Source of the DNA: the human T2T-CHM13v2.0 reference genome, Homo sapiens
Length of the DNA: 64,000 nucleotides
Assembly (NCBI RefSeq): GCF_009914755.1
Contig: NC_060947.1
Strand: one strand, 5' to 3'
Positions within the stretch are counted from its first letter, which is position 1. Every line of letters starts with the position of its first letter. Positions 32,001-46,726 of this stretch are shown here, piece after piece. Position numbers and translations under genes: made by a program. The notes under the pieces were generated by a model. That model was not told the DNA's origin, did no database searches, and saw only the letters and a program-made list of their open reading frames with translations.

Positions 32001-32792
32001 GTTGACAATTTAGTGGTCTTTCACCAAGCAGCTCTCGGTTACATACAAACACTTCCCTCATCACCAAGTTCCCCGTATAGTTTAGCATAATTTTGTTTGG
32101 ATTAACATACAACTGTTTTTTAGTTTTGATTTTAATTTTTGAGGGGAGGTAATGGGCATATATATTTATGGGGTACATGTGATATTTTGATACAGGCATG
32201 TAATACATAATAATCACATTATGTGAAGTGGGATATCTATCCCTTCAAGCATTTGTCTTTTGTGTTATGAACAATTCAATTATACTGTTTTAGTTATTTT
32301 AAAATATAAAATTAAATTATTTTTGACTATAGTGGCCCTGTTGTGCTATCAGAGACTAGATCTTATACATTATTCCTAACTATGTTTTCTTTTTGTACAC
32401 ATTAACCATCTCAACCTCCGCCCCACCCTCCCACTACCCTTCCCAGACTCTGGTGACCAACCCTCTACTCTCTACCTCCATGATTTCAACTGTTTTGATT
32501 TTTAGATGCTACAAATAAATGAAAACATGAGAAGTTTGTCTTTTTGTACATGGTTTCTTTGATTTAGCATAATGACCTCCAGTTTCATCCATGTTATTGC
32601 AAATAACAGGACCTCATTCTTTTTATGGCTGAATAGTAATCCATTCTGTATAAGTACCACACTTTCTTTATCTGTTCATCTGTTGATGGACAGTTAGCTT
32701 GCTTCCAAATCTTGGCTGTTGTGAACAGTGCTGCAACAAATGTGGGAGTGCAGATACCTCTTTGATATACAGATTTCCTTTCTTTTGGGTAT

Positions 32793-34459
32793 ATAGACAT
32801 CTACAGAACTCTCCACCCCAAATCAACAGAATATATATTCTTCTCAGTGGCACTTGGCACTTATTCTAAAATCAACCACATAATTGTAAGTAAAATACTC
32901 CTCAGCAAATGCAAAGGAACTGAAATCATAAGAAATAGTCTCTCAGACCACAGTGCAATCAACTTAGAACTCAGGATTAAGAAACTTGCTCAAAACCACA
33001 CAACTACATGGAAACTGAACAACCTGCTCCTGAATTACTCCTGGGTAAATAACGAAATTAAGGCAGAAATAAAGAAGTTCTTTGAAACCAATGGGAACAA
33101 AGAGACAATGTACCAGAATTTCTGGGACACAGCTAAAGCAGTATTAAGAGGGAATTTATAGCACTAAATGCCCACAGGACAAAGTGGGAAAGATCTAAAA
33201 TCAACACCCTAACATCATAATTAAAAGAACTAGAGAAGCAAGAGCAAACAAATTCAAAAGCTAGCAGAAGACAATAAATAACTAAGATTAGAGCAGAACT
33301 GAAGGACATAGAGACACAAAAAACCCTTTAAAAAAGCAATGAATCCAGGAGCTGGTTCTTTGAATAAATTAACAAAACAGATAGACCACTAGCTAGACTA
33401 ATAGAGAAGAAAAGAGAGAAGACTCAAATAGACACAATAAGAAATGATAAAAGAGATATCACCACTGATCCTACGGAAATACAAACTACCATCAGAGAAT
33501 ACTAAAAACACCTCTACACAAATAAACGAGAAAATCTAGAAGAAATGGATAAATTCCTGGACACATACAGCCTTCCAAGACTAAACCAGGAAGAAGTTGA
33601 ATCCATGAATAGACCAATAACAAGTTCTGAAATTGAGACAGTAATTAGTAGCCTACCAACTAAAAAATACCCAGGACCAGATAGCTTCACAGCCAAATTT
33701 TACCAGAGGTACAAAGAGGAGCTAGTACCATTCCTTCTGAAACTATCCTAAACAACTGAAAAAGAGGGACTGCTCCCTAACTCATTTTATGAGGCCAGCA
33801 TCATCCTGATACCAAAACCTGGCAGAGACACAACAAAATAAGAAAACTTCAGGCCAAATATCCCTGATGAACATCAATGCAAAAATCATCAATAAAATAC
33901 TGGCAAACTGAATCCAGCAGCACATCAAAAATCTTATCCACCATGATCAAGTCAGCTTCATTCCTGGGATGCAAGGTTGGTTCAGCATATGCAAATCAAT
34001 AAACGTAATCCATCACATAAACAGAACCAATGACAAAAAACACATGATTATCTCAATAGACGCAGAAAAGGCTTGCAATAAAATTCAACATCCCTTCATG
34101 TTAAAAACTCTCAATAAACTAGGTATTGATGGAACGTATCTCAAAATAATAAGAGCTATTTATGACAAACCCATAGCCAATATTATACTCAATTGACAAA
34201 AGCTGGAAGCATTCCCTTTGAAAACTGGCACAAGACAAAGGATGCCCTCTCTCATCACTCCTATTCAACATAGTACTGGAAGTTCTGGCCAGGGCAATCA
34301 GGCAAGAGAAAGAAATAAAGTGTATTCAAATAGGAAGAGAGGAAGTCAAATTGTCTCTATTTGCAGATGACATGATTCTATATTTAGAAAACCGTAGCAT
34401 TTCAGCCCCAAAACTTCTTAAGCTGATAAGCAACTTCAGCAAAGTCTCAGGATACAAAA
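32793..34459 (+). mobile_element. L1PA ORF2 middle segment (end of EN to RT), inverted relative to the adjacent 5' part
   Basis: Peptides [55 protein letters not shown]; several stops. Confidence 0.93.
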
Positions 34460-36880
34460 CTGGTGATTTTGCCCGTTATTCAATGCAGTTTCTTCATAGT
34501 GTCATCGGTCTTTATTATCTTGGTGTGTTTTTGCAGTGACTGGTACTGGTTTTTCCCTTCCATATTTAGTGCTTCCTTCAGGAGCTCCTGTAAGGCAGGC
34601 CTGGTGGTGACAAAATCCTTCAGCATTTGCTTGTCTGGAAACGATTTTATTTCTCCTTTGCTTATGAAGCTTAGTTTGGCTGGATATGAAATTCTGGGTT
34701 AAAAATTCTTTTCTTTAAGAATGTTGAATATTGGCCTCCACTCTCTTCTGGCTTGCAGGGTTTCTGCTGAGAAATCTGCTGTTAGTCTGATGGGCTTGCC
34801 TTTGTCAGTGACCTGATCTTTTTCTCTGGTTGCCCTTAACATTTTTTCCTTCATTTCAACCTTGGATAATCTGATGATTATGTGTCTTGGGGTTGATCTT
34901 CTCATGGAGTATCTTAGTGGTGTTCTCTGTATTTACTGAATTTGAATGTTGACCTGTCTTGCTAGGTTGGGTAAGTTCTCCTGGATAATATCCTGAAGTG
35001 TGTTTTCCAACTTGGTTCCATTCTCCCCATCACTTTCAGGTACACCAATCAATTGTAGGTTTGGTCTTTTTACATAGTCCCTTATTTCTTGGAGGCTTTG
35101 TTCGTTCCTTTTCATTCTTTTTTCTCTTCTCTTGTCTGCACACCTTACTTCAGCAAGGTGGTCTACAATTTCTGATATCCTTTCTTCCACTTGATCAATT
35201 AAGCTATTGATACTTTTGTATGCTTCACGAAATTCTTGTGCTGTGCTTTCCAGTTCTATCGGGTCATTTATGTTCCTCTTTAAACTGGTTATTCTAGTTA
35301 GAAGTTCCTGTAACCTTTTATCAAGTTTCTTAACTTCCTTGCATTGGGTTAGACCATGCTCCTTTAGCTCAGAGGAGTTTGTTATTACCCACCTTCTGAA
35401 GCCTATATCTGTCAATTAGTCAATCTGATTCTCCGTCTAGTTTTGCACCATTGCTGGAGAGGTGTTGCGACCATTTGGAGTAGAAGAGGCATTTTGGCTT
35501 TTGGAATTTTCAGCGTTTTTGCACTGGTTTTTCCTCATCTTTGTGGATTTATCTACCTTTGATCTTTGAGGCTGATGACCTTTGGATGGGGTATTTGTGT
35601 GTGGGGTGTCCTTTTTGTTGATGTTGTTGTTGTCCTTGCTTTCTGTTTGTTTTTTTTTTTTTCTAACCGTCAGGCCCCTCTTCTGCAGGTCTACTGCAGT
35701 TTGCCAAAGGTTCAGTCCACACCTTGTTCACCTGGGTATCACCAGTGGAGGTTGCAGAACAGCAAAGATTGCTGCCTGCTCCTTCCTCTGGAGGCTTTGT
35801 CCCAGAGGGTCACTAGCCTGATGCCAGGTGGAGCTCTCCTGTATGAGGTGTCTGTCGACCCCTGTTGGGAGGTCTCTCCCAGTCAGGAGGCATGGGGGTC
35901 AGGGACCCATTTGAGGATGCCATCTGTACCTTAGCAGAGCTGGTGCACTTTGCTGGGAGAATCCGCCTTGTCGAGATCTGCTGCTCTCTTCAGAACTGGC
36001 CAGCAGGAAAGATTAAGTCTGCTGAAGCTGTGACTGCAGCCGCCCCTCCCCCGAGGTGCTCCATCCCAGGGAGATGAGAATTTTATCTGTAAGCCCCTGA
36101 CTGGGGCTGCTGCATTTCCTGTAGAGATGTCCTGCCCAGTGAGGAGGAATCTAGAGAAGCAGTCTGGCCACAGCCACTTTTCTGTGCTGTGGTGAATTCC
36201 GTCCAGTCCAAACCTCTCAGTCTCCTTAGCACTGTCAGGGGAAAACCACCAACTAAAGCCTCAGTAATGGCAGATGCCCTTCCCCCCAACCAAGCTTGAT
36301 CGTCCCAGGTTGACTCCAGACTGCTGTGCTGGCAGTGAGAATTTCAAGCCAGTGGTTCTTAGCTTGCTGGGCTCTGTGGGAGTGGGATTTGCTGAGCAAG
36401 ACCGCTTGGCTCCCTGACTTCAGCCGCCTTTCCAAGGGAGTGGATGGTTCTCCTGTCTCGCTGGAGTTCCAGGCACCACCAGAGTATGAAAAAACTCCTG
36501 CAGCTAGCTCGGTGCCTGCCCAAACAGCTGCCCAGTTTTGTGATGGAAACCCAGGGCCCTGGTGGTATAGGCTCACAGGGGAATCTCCTGATCTGCAGAA
36601 TGCAAAAATCCATGGGAAAAGAGTAGTACCTGGGACAGGTAACACAGTCCCTCACTGCTTTCCTTGGCTGGGGGAGGGAGGTCCCCCAGTTCCTTGCACT
36701 TCCTGGGTAAAATGATGCCCCATCCTGCTTCTGCTCACTCTCCATGGGTTGCACCCACTGCCTGACCAGTCCTGATGAAATGAACTGGGTGCTTCAGTTG
36801 GAAATGCAGAAATCACTTGCCTTCTGCATTGGTCTTGCTGGGAGGTGCGGACCAGAGCTGTTTCTATTCAGCCATCTTGA
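34460..36880 (-). mobile_element. L1PA (L1PA7/8-like) complete 5'UTR + ORF1
   Basis: ORF1 peptides RRSTPRHIIIRL, NEQSLQEIRDYVKRPNL; L1 5' terminus ctattcagccatcttg at about 36864-36879. Confidence 0.92.
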
Positions 36881-39788
36881 CCAATACTATTGAACACCTT
36901 TTCATATGCCTGTTTGCCATTTGTATGTCTTCTTTTGAGAAATGTCTATTCAAATATTTTGCCTATTTTTAAATCAGGTTATTATACATTTTTTTCTTAT
37001 AGAGTTGTTTGAGCACCTTATATACTCTGGTTATTAATCCCATGTCAGATTGGTAGTTTGCAAATATTTTCTCCCATGCTGTGTGTTGTATCTTCCCTTT
37101 GTGGATTGTTCCCTTTGCTGTACATAAGCTTTTTAACTTAATGTGATCCTATTTGTCAATTTTTGCCTTGCTTGCTGTGCTTGTGGGGTACTTACTACTC
37201 AAAAAGTTTTTGCCTAGAACAGTACCCTGGAGAGTTTTCTCAATGCTTTCTAATAGCAGTTTTATAGTTTGAAGTCTTAAATTTAAGTTTTTAACCCATA
37301 TTGATTTGATTTTTGTTTATGACGAGATATATGGGGCTGGTTTCCTTCTGCATGTGGATATTCAGCTTTCCCAGCACCATTTATTAAAGAGATTGTCTTT
37401 TTCCCAGTGTATGTTCTTGGCACCTTGTCAAAAATGAGTTCACTGTAGGTATGTAGATTTGTTTCTGGGTTCTCTCTTCTGTTCCATTGGTCTATGTGTC
37501 TGTCTTTATGCCAGTACCATGCTGTTTTGGTTACTATAGTTCTGTAGTATAATCTGAAGTAAGGTAATGTGGTTTGTTCTGTTTTCTTCTTTTTGCTTAG
37601 GATAGTTTTGGCTACTATGGGTCTTTTGTGGTTTCACATAATTTTTAGTATTTTTTCTGTTTCTGTGAAGAATGTCATTGGTATATTGATAGGGATTACA
37701 TTGAATCTGCAGATTGTTTTGGGTCTTATGGACATTTTAATAATATTGATTCTTCCAATCCAGGAACATGGAATATTTTTTCACTTTTTGGTATCTTCTT
37801 TAATTTTTTTTTATCAGTGCTTTATAGTTTTCATTATAGAGATCTTTTACTTCTTTGGTTAATTCCTAGATATTTAATTTTATTTGTAAATGGGATTACT
37901 TTTTAAATTTCTTTCTCAGATTGTTCAATGTTGGCATATAAAATGCTACTGACTTTTGTATGTTATTTTGTATTCTGCAAACTTACTGAATTTATCAGTT
38001 CTAATAGTATTTTTTTGTGGGTTTTAGGTTTTTTCAAATATGAGATCATATCATTTGTAAACAAGGATAATTTTACTTCTTCTTTTCCACTTTTGATGCC
38101 CTTTATTTCTTTCTCTTGTGTGATTGCTCTAGCCAGGATTTCCACTACTATATTGAATAACACTGGTGAAAGTGGACATCCTTGTTGTTTTCTAGATCTT
38201 AGAGGATATGCTTCAAATCCATTTATTTATGCTCTGATCTTGATTATTTCTTTCCTTCTATGAATTTTAGGTTTGGTTTGCACTTGCTTTTCTAGTTCTT
38301 TCAGATGCATCATTAGGTGGTTTATTTGAAGTTTTTCTTCTTTTTTGAAGTAGGCATTTGTAACTATAAAATTCCCTCTTAGTACTGCTTTCCCTGTATC
38401 CTATAGGTTTTGTTATGTTGTGTTTCCATTTTCATTTGTTTCAAGAAATTTTTCAATTTCTTTCTTAATTTCTTCATTGATCCACTGATCATTCAGGAGG
38501 ATATTATTTAATTTCCATGTATTTGTACAGATTCCAAAATTCCTCTTGTTATTGATTTGTAGTTTTCTTCTATTGTGGTCAAAGTAGATGCTTGATATTA
38601 TTTTAATTATTTTGAATGTTTTAAGACTTGTTTGGTGACCTAACATATGGTCTGTCCTTGAGAATGATTCATGTGCTGAGCAAAATAATGTGTATTCTGT
38701 AGCCATTGGATAAAATGTTCTGCAAATATCTATTAGGTCCTTTTGTTATATAGTGTAGATGAAGTTTGATGTTTCTTTGTTGATTTTTCTTTCTGGAAGA
38801 TCTATCCAATGCTGAAAGTGGGGTTTTGAAGTCTCCAGCAATTACTGTATTGGGGGCTATTTCTCTCCTTAGCTCTAATAATGTTTCCTTTTTCTATGTG
38901 AGTGCTCCAGTGTCGGGTGCATATAAATATATCCGTAATTATTATAGCCTCTTGCTGAATTGACCCCTTTATCATTATACAGTGACCTTCTTTGTCTTTT
39001 CTTATAGTTTTTGTCTTGAAATCTATTTTGTCTTATATGAGAATTGCTACTCCTGCTCTTTTCTGGTTTCCACTTACATGGAGAATCTTTTTCCATCCCT
39101 TTATTTTCAGTCTATTTGTATCTTTATAGGTGAAGTGTGTTGCTTGTAGAGAACATATCATTGGGTGTTGTATTTCTATCCATTCAGCCACTTAAAATCT
39201 TTTGCTTGGAAAGTTTAGTTTATTTACATTGAATGTTTTATTGATAAGTAAGCTTATTCCTGCCATTTTGTTATTTTTCTGATTGTTTGTGGTCTTCTGT
39301 TCCTTCTTTCCTTCCTTCCTGTCTTTCTTTAAGTGAAGGTGATTTTCTCTGGTGATATAATTTGGTTTCTTGCTTTTTAATTTTTGTGTATATGCATTGT
39401 ATATGTTTTGGTTTGAGGTTACCATAAGCCTTGCAAATACTATTTTAAATTCCATTATTTTTAAGCTGATAAAAACTTAACACTGTTTGCCTAAACAAAC
39501 AAACAAAAATGAAACTAATAAAGACTCTGCACCCTAAGTTCATCACCCTAGTTTTTAACTTTTTGTTGTTTCTTCTTATATCTGATTGTCCTATGTCTTG
39601 AAAAGTTGTAGTTATTTTTTTATTGGTACATCATTTAGTCTTTCTACTTAAGATTAGAGTATTTTACACACCTCACAGTGTTATAATATTCTGTGTTTTT
39701 CTGTGTACTTACTATTACTAGTGAGTCTTGTACTTTCAGATGATTTCTTGTTGCTCATTAATGTTAATGGCCTTTTCTTTCTTATTGA

Positions 39789-40279
<491 letters not shown>

Positions 40280-42339
40280 TGATATAATAGAAATAATGGC
40301 TGTCATTTGTGGAAACTGCATGTAAGTCTGGTTGTAAAACAGTGTATTGAGGGTTCAGCCAAAAGCAAACCCCCCCCACCAAAAAAAGAGGAAAAAGGGG
40401 AGTAGGAGGGTGTCAGGAAGAGGGGAAGAGACAAAACTTTCAAGAGCTTCTTCATGGAGAGGAAAGAGTTTCCGATGTATGCTAACAGGGATGAAAAAGC
40501 AGTTTATCCAACATTGAATAACATAATGGATTTGGGTACACTACAAGTTATATTTTCTGCAACCATTCAACAGGAGCAAAACTTTCCTATTCCCACTCTC
40601 ACCTCCCGACTCCTGCCCCTGAAGATATAATTGCTAGGATTACTGGTACTCTTCAGATGCAAATCATCAGTGCATTTTTAAACACTCATTTTTTATTATG
40701 AAGAATCAGCTACTTTATATATTTACTTTCTAAAATAATATATGTATATATATGATTTGATATATTAATTTTCAGTGTGCTTTTCTATAAAAGAAAATAT
40801 ATATAATATATGTATAATTTGATATATCAATTTCTAGTATGCTTTTCTTTTCTTTTATTGAAAAGCAAAACATACTGAAAATTATATCAAATGATAATTA
40901 TATTATACATATATATTATTTTAGAATCTGTAATCAAACTTTTTTTCATTACCTGTTTCACAGTTTTTTCATCCCCTTTGGTTACAGAACATATCTTCAA
41001 ATTATCTCATTTATTTTGCCAATATCACAAGCCCTATGGAAACAGATTTTTTTTCTATTGCACATAATTAATACCAAAGGGGTTTGGGGAAGCACTAGGA
41101 AATGAATTGAGGTAAGAAAGATTCTTGAATCATTTGATGAATAATTGCTTTCACAATTACTACTTTGGGACTTTTTTCTCAGTCAACTAGTCACATTTAT
41201 TCAGGTCCTGATTTGATTGTAGTTGCGTTGTATAATTCAAAAGGCATCAATATCCCATAGCCAAAATATATTTGATACAAAACTAGTTTTGTCTAAAACG
41301 CCAGCGTATATAGTTCAGCAATCAAATACTGAACTCTTAAATAAAAGACAGAAAGATACAGCAATTTTTGCTTTGACAAAAGCATAAAGTTAAAGGGAGA
41401 AATGACAAAAATGGAATTGGAAATGTACAACAAAGGGAAAGGGCAAAAATTCAGGCATGTTGAAACTATGGAAAAAATCAGAGTGAAACAATTTAAAAAT
41501 ACATTCAGAGTCATTACCTAGATATAGTAAATCACAACAGAGAAATATAATTATTAATACAAATTGAAGAGAAAAAGTAGGAAAACCAATATGCCAAAGT
41601 GATTATTTGATAGAAGTATTGGAACTCAACAAGCAATTCCCAGAGAATAAATAAGGGAATGTGCTATCTAAAGAATTAATGTTCAGTTGTTAAGTTCTGC
41701 TAATCATACACTAAATTAAACTTTTGAGGAAACTTTTAATATACTGTACTACATTTTGAAATTATTATCATAAATTATGCAGTAAATGATGTTGGGGTAG
41801 TTTGGATCAGCAAATCACTTTTATATCAGGATAAATTTTATATGAATAAAAACCCAAACAAACAAAAACATGAAAAAGCCCCCCAAAAACCCCAAACAGA
41901 AACAATAGTAAACAAACAGTAAAAGCACCAGAAGGAACCATGGGAGAATGTTGGTTCTTCATTATCCAATTTTGGCATAAGGAGAGTTTTTCTAGGAATA
42001 AATAAAAATGCTTTTTAAAAACCTGAAGCCATAAAAAATGATACATTTCACCAATACAATAATTAGAAAAGTTTAAAAAATAGATATACAGAAACATATA
42101 TTTATGCAGACAAGACTAATTTCCTTAATATATAAAGCACTTCCACTATTGATAATAAATAGATCAACATTCCAAGAAAAAATATATGAATAGACAGAGT
42201 ATAGGAAAAAATAAATACTAATGACTTTTAAATAAATGAAAAGATGTTCATTTCTATCATAATAAGAGAAATGCAAATTAAGATGCATGGAAATATCATT
42301 TCTTATGTAAGATAGTTGCAAAAATATCAAAACATTGAT

Positions 42340-43172
<833 letters not shown>

Positions 43173-43634
43173 TACTGTAACAGCTTAGGCGTGGGAAGAA
43201 ATGTACTCTCATTTTTTGCTAGACTATGATGAATATAAACTCACTGAAGAACAACTTTCTAGTTTCTATTAACAGTGACATTTCTTGATAACCGTCTAGT
43301 GACAAGTGCACAGAACTTTGGTCAATTCTCCTTATAGTAATTCTATATTATTCTATAGATATACTCACACATGTGAGAAAAAATATACACGACAACAGTC
43401 ATCACTACCCTGTTTGTAATTTTAAAAAGATTGCAAACAACTCAAGGTGAATCAGAAGTTCACCAGGTCAATAAATTATTATACATCCACATAATGGAAT
43501 ATTATGCTGTTGTAAAAAATGAAGATACTCTTGATGTACTGATATGACTTCCAAGATGTATTGTTGTGTGAAATAAGCAGTAAAGTAATGATGTAATAGT
43601 ATGCTACGAGTGATATCAAAAAGAGGGAGAAAAT

Positions 43635-43847
43635 ATTCCCCCTTCCCCTGTGCCCCACGGGTACATGTAGCAATGTTTGGAGTTAGTTTGGGTTGTCATA
43701 ATTGAGGGGAGGGGGATGTGCTACTGACATCTAGTGGGTAAAGGCCAAGGAAGTAGCTAAATATTCTACAATGCAGAGGATAGCACCTTAAAAATATAAT
43801 TATCTGGTCAAAAAATGTCAATAGTTCTGAGGTTGAGAAATTCTGCT
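43635..43847. mobile_element. MER20 (hAT-Charlie)
   Basis: tgctactgacatctagtgggtaaaggccaagga...gaggttgagaaattctg. Confidence 0.85.
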
Positions 43848-44469
43848 GTAAAGCTACCATTTTGAGATTTTCAGAGTCTTGTTGGTTTTAAAGTTTCATG
43901 AAAAAGTTTGTGTCTATTTTGCTCTTTCATGTGAGTACTATATAATTCAGCCAAATTCTTTCCTAATTCTTCACATTTCCATACTGTAAAGTCCTGATAT
44001 TTTAGATTGCTTGTCTTTCTCTCGATTCCTGTAGATGTTATTATCCAACTGTGTTAAAACTTTCTTGTGATAGATTGACTAAAAGTGCCAACATCCTTTC
44101 AGGTAGTACGAGAAATGGCCCTGTAGGAGAGTAAAATAATGCAAAAATTACTCTTGTTACTATCAAGTGAGGCCTCTCCTGATGAGAGATACTGCATGAG
44201 ATGATTGACTTTCAATTGCCTGTTTCACTCAGGAATCTATAATTACTCAGGAACCAGAGGTATACTTGCCATCAGGTATTTGCCCCCAGTGAACATGAGA
44301 GGAAAATCGAGGGTCACCACAGTAGTCTAGAGGTAGGAAAGGTTGGCAGGAGCTTTGGATGGCTAAAACAAGGTTTTTCAAAAGTTATGATACTCAATCT
44401 AATAGGGTGATATTATCAGAACTGTTCAACTTCATGGGGACATGCCCTTCAGAGCTCCTGTCCTCTGTT

Positions 44470-44925
44470 GGTGTCTGCGTTGATTAGATTTAGCTGCTCT
44501 ATAGGGACTCAAACTAATAGTGCATTAAATATGATTTAGTTTCAACTCTCTCTCAAATAATAGTCCCAGCTGGGTTGGTAGTTTTGCTATACAATTTAGT
44601 CAAGGCCCAGGCTCCTTTGATCTTTTCACTCTATCTACCTTAAAGTGATCAGGTGGCCCACTACCATATTTACAATGAGCCCAAGAAGCAAGGTAAGAGG
44701 GTAGGGAAAGCATCTCCCACCATTGTAAGGCACCACTTTAACATTATAATTCAGAAGTGGCACAAGTCAGTTACACTCACAACGAAACCTTGTTTGCATG
44801 GCTATATCTAGCAACAAGAAAGCCTGGAAAATGTAATCAACCTGTGCAGTCATAGGCACATCTAAAAACTCTACCATGAAAAAATAGGAAAAAATGGATA
44901 ATGCGGCACAGTTAGCAGTCTCTGA
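44470..44925. mobile_element. MLT1 (old MaLR) LTR relic
   Basis: atggctatatctagcaacaagaaagcctggaaaatgtaatc. Confidence 0.55.
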
Positions 44926-45239
44926 AATAATTTCTGTTTGTAGTAAAGCACACTTGTTACTAACGTTAGAGAAACGTGTATCCTTTGGCCCTGATCTCTT
45001 GAAGCCTTTCCTCATTCATCATATCCTTTGTAAAAACAATGGATTATTTTTCTGGTAATTCATCTTGCTGCCATCCAATTCACGCTATTCTATTCTATCC
45101 AGGCATTAGTCTCATCACGTTATTCTTATTGGCATGGCTTTTTATTATCTAGAAGAACTTTTAATCATATGCTACGTTAGTCAATTGTATTGTACATTAC
45201 TCACTTTCAAATTATTTCATAAACACATTGATTACTATA

Positions 45240-45952
<713 letters not shown>

Positions 45953-46726
45953 TAAGTCAGTACTCTAACCACTATAGTAGATTTTTCTTGATTGCATGCA
46001 GACTGCATTTTAAATGAATTATTTGATCTTTTAAATCATTTTTTTCAGTCCTTTAAGCAGATCTAAAAGTAAATATCCAAACATTCTACTAAGGATAATT
46101 TTGCATACTTCCTCATTGTTATCCCTGCCTTGTTGTTCAGAAACTCTACACTTCATTAGAATTTCCTCTAGCTATATATGAAGTAGAGCCTTCGATTTCT
46201 AGTTCACATGGCAACTTTTATAGTTATTAGATGAGAGTTATATTTTTTCATAAATTAATTCAGAGTAGAATGGCAAGTCTGAATTGAACATTTAGGACGT
46301 CTCTCCTTAACTTCAATGGCCCCGTAATAGTACTGTTCATCATTCACTATAATAATAAAATAAAGTTTAACCTTATTTATAATATATACATTGTTTCAGT
46401 AAGAACACCTTCTTTGACTTTTACATACAAGTTCTTGCCAACTATGCTGTCTTGGAAATGTGAACAAAAATGCACATGCATATTTAATCCATGGTATATA
46501 ATCAACATTATTCTTCATGAAGCCCCCAGAAGATTTTTTAAAAAATATAAATAGTATTCTATATGTATAACATATAGAATACTATTTATATTTTAATTAT
46601 GATTATGCAAAATCTCTTGTCATTTTGTGTTATTTGTTCAACTTTAAAGTAATTACATAAATACACATTGTTGAAAATTTGGCTAAAAACAGCTTATATT
46701 TCAGTAAAAAGCCTTGAACTGTTAGT

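Noticed and set aside
32847-35415. L1 ORF1/ORF2 peptides as a possibly active retrotransposon or novel RT system
   Set aside because: Multiple stops and frameshifts, rearranged, and no 3' end; a dead L1.
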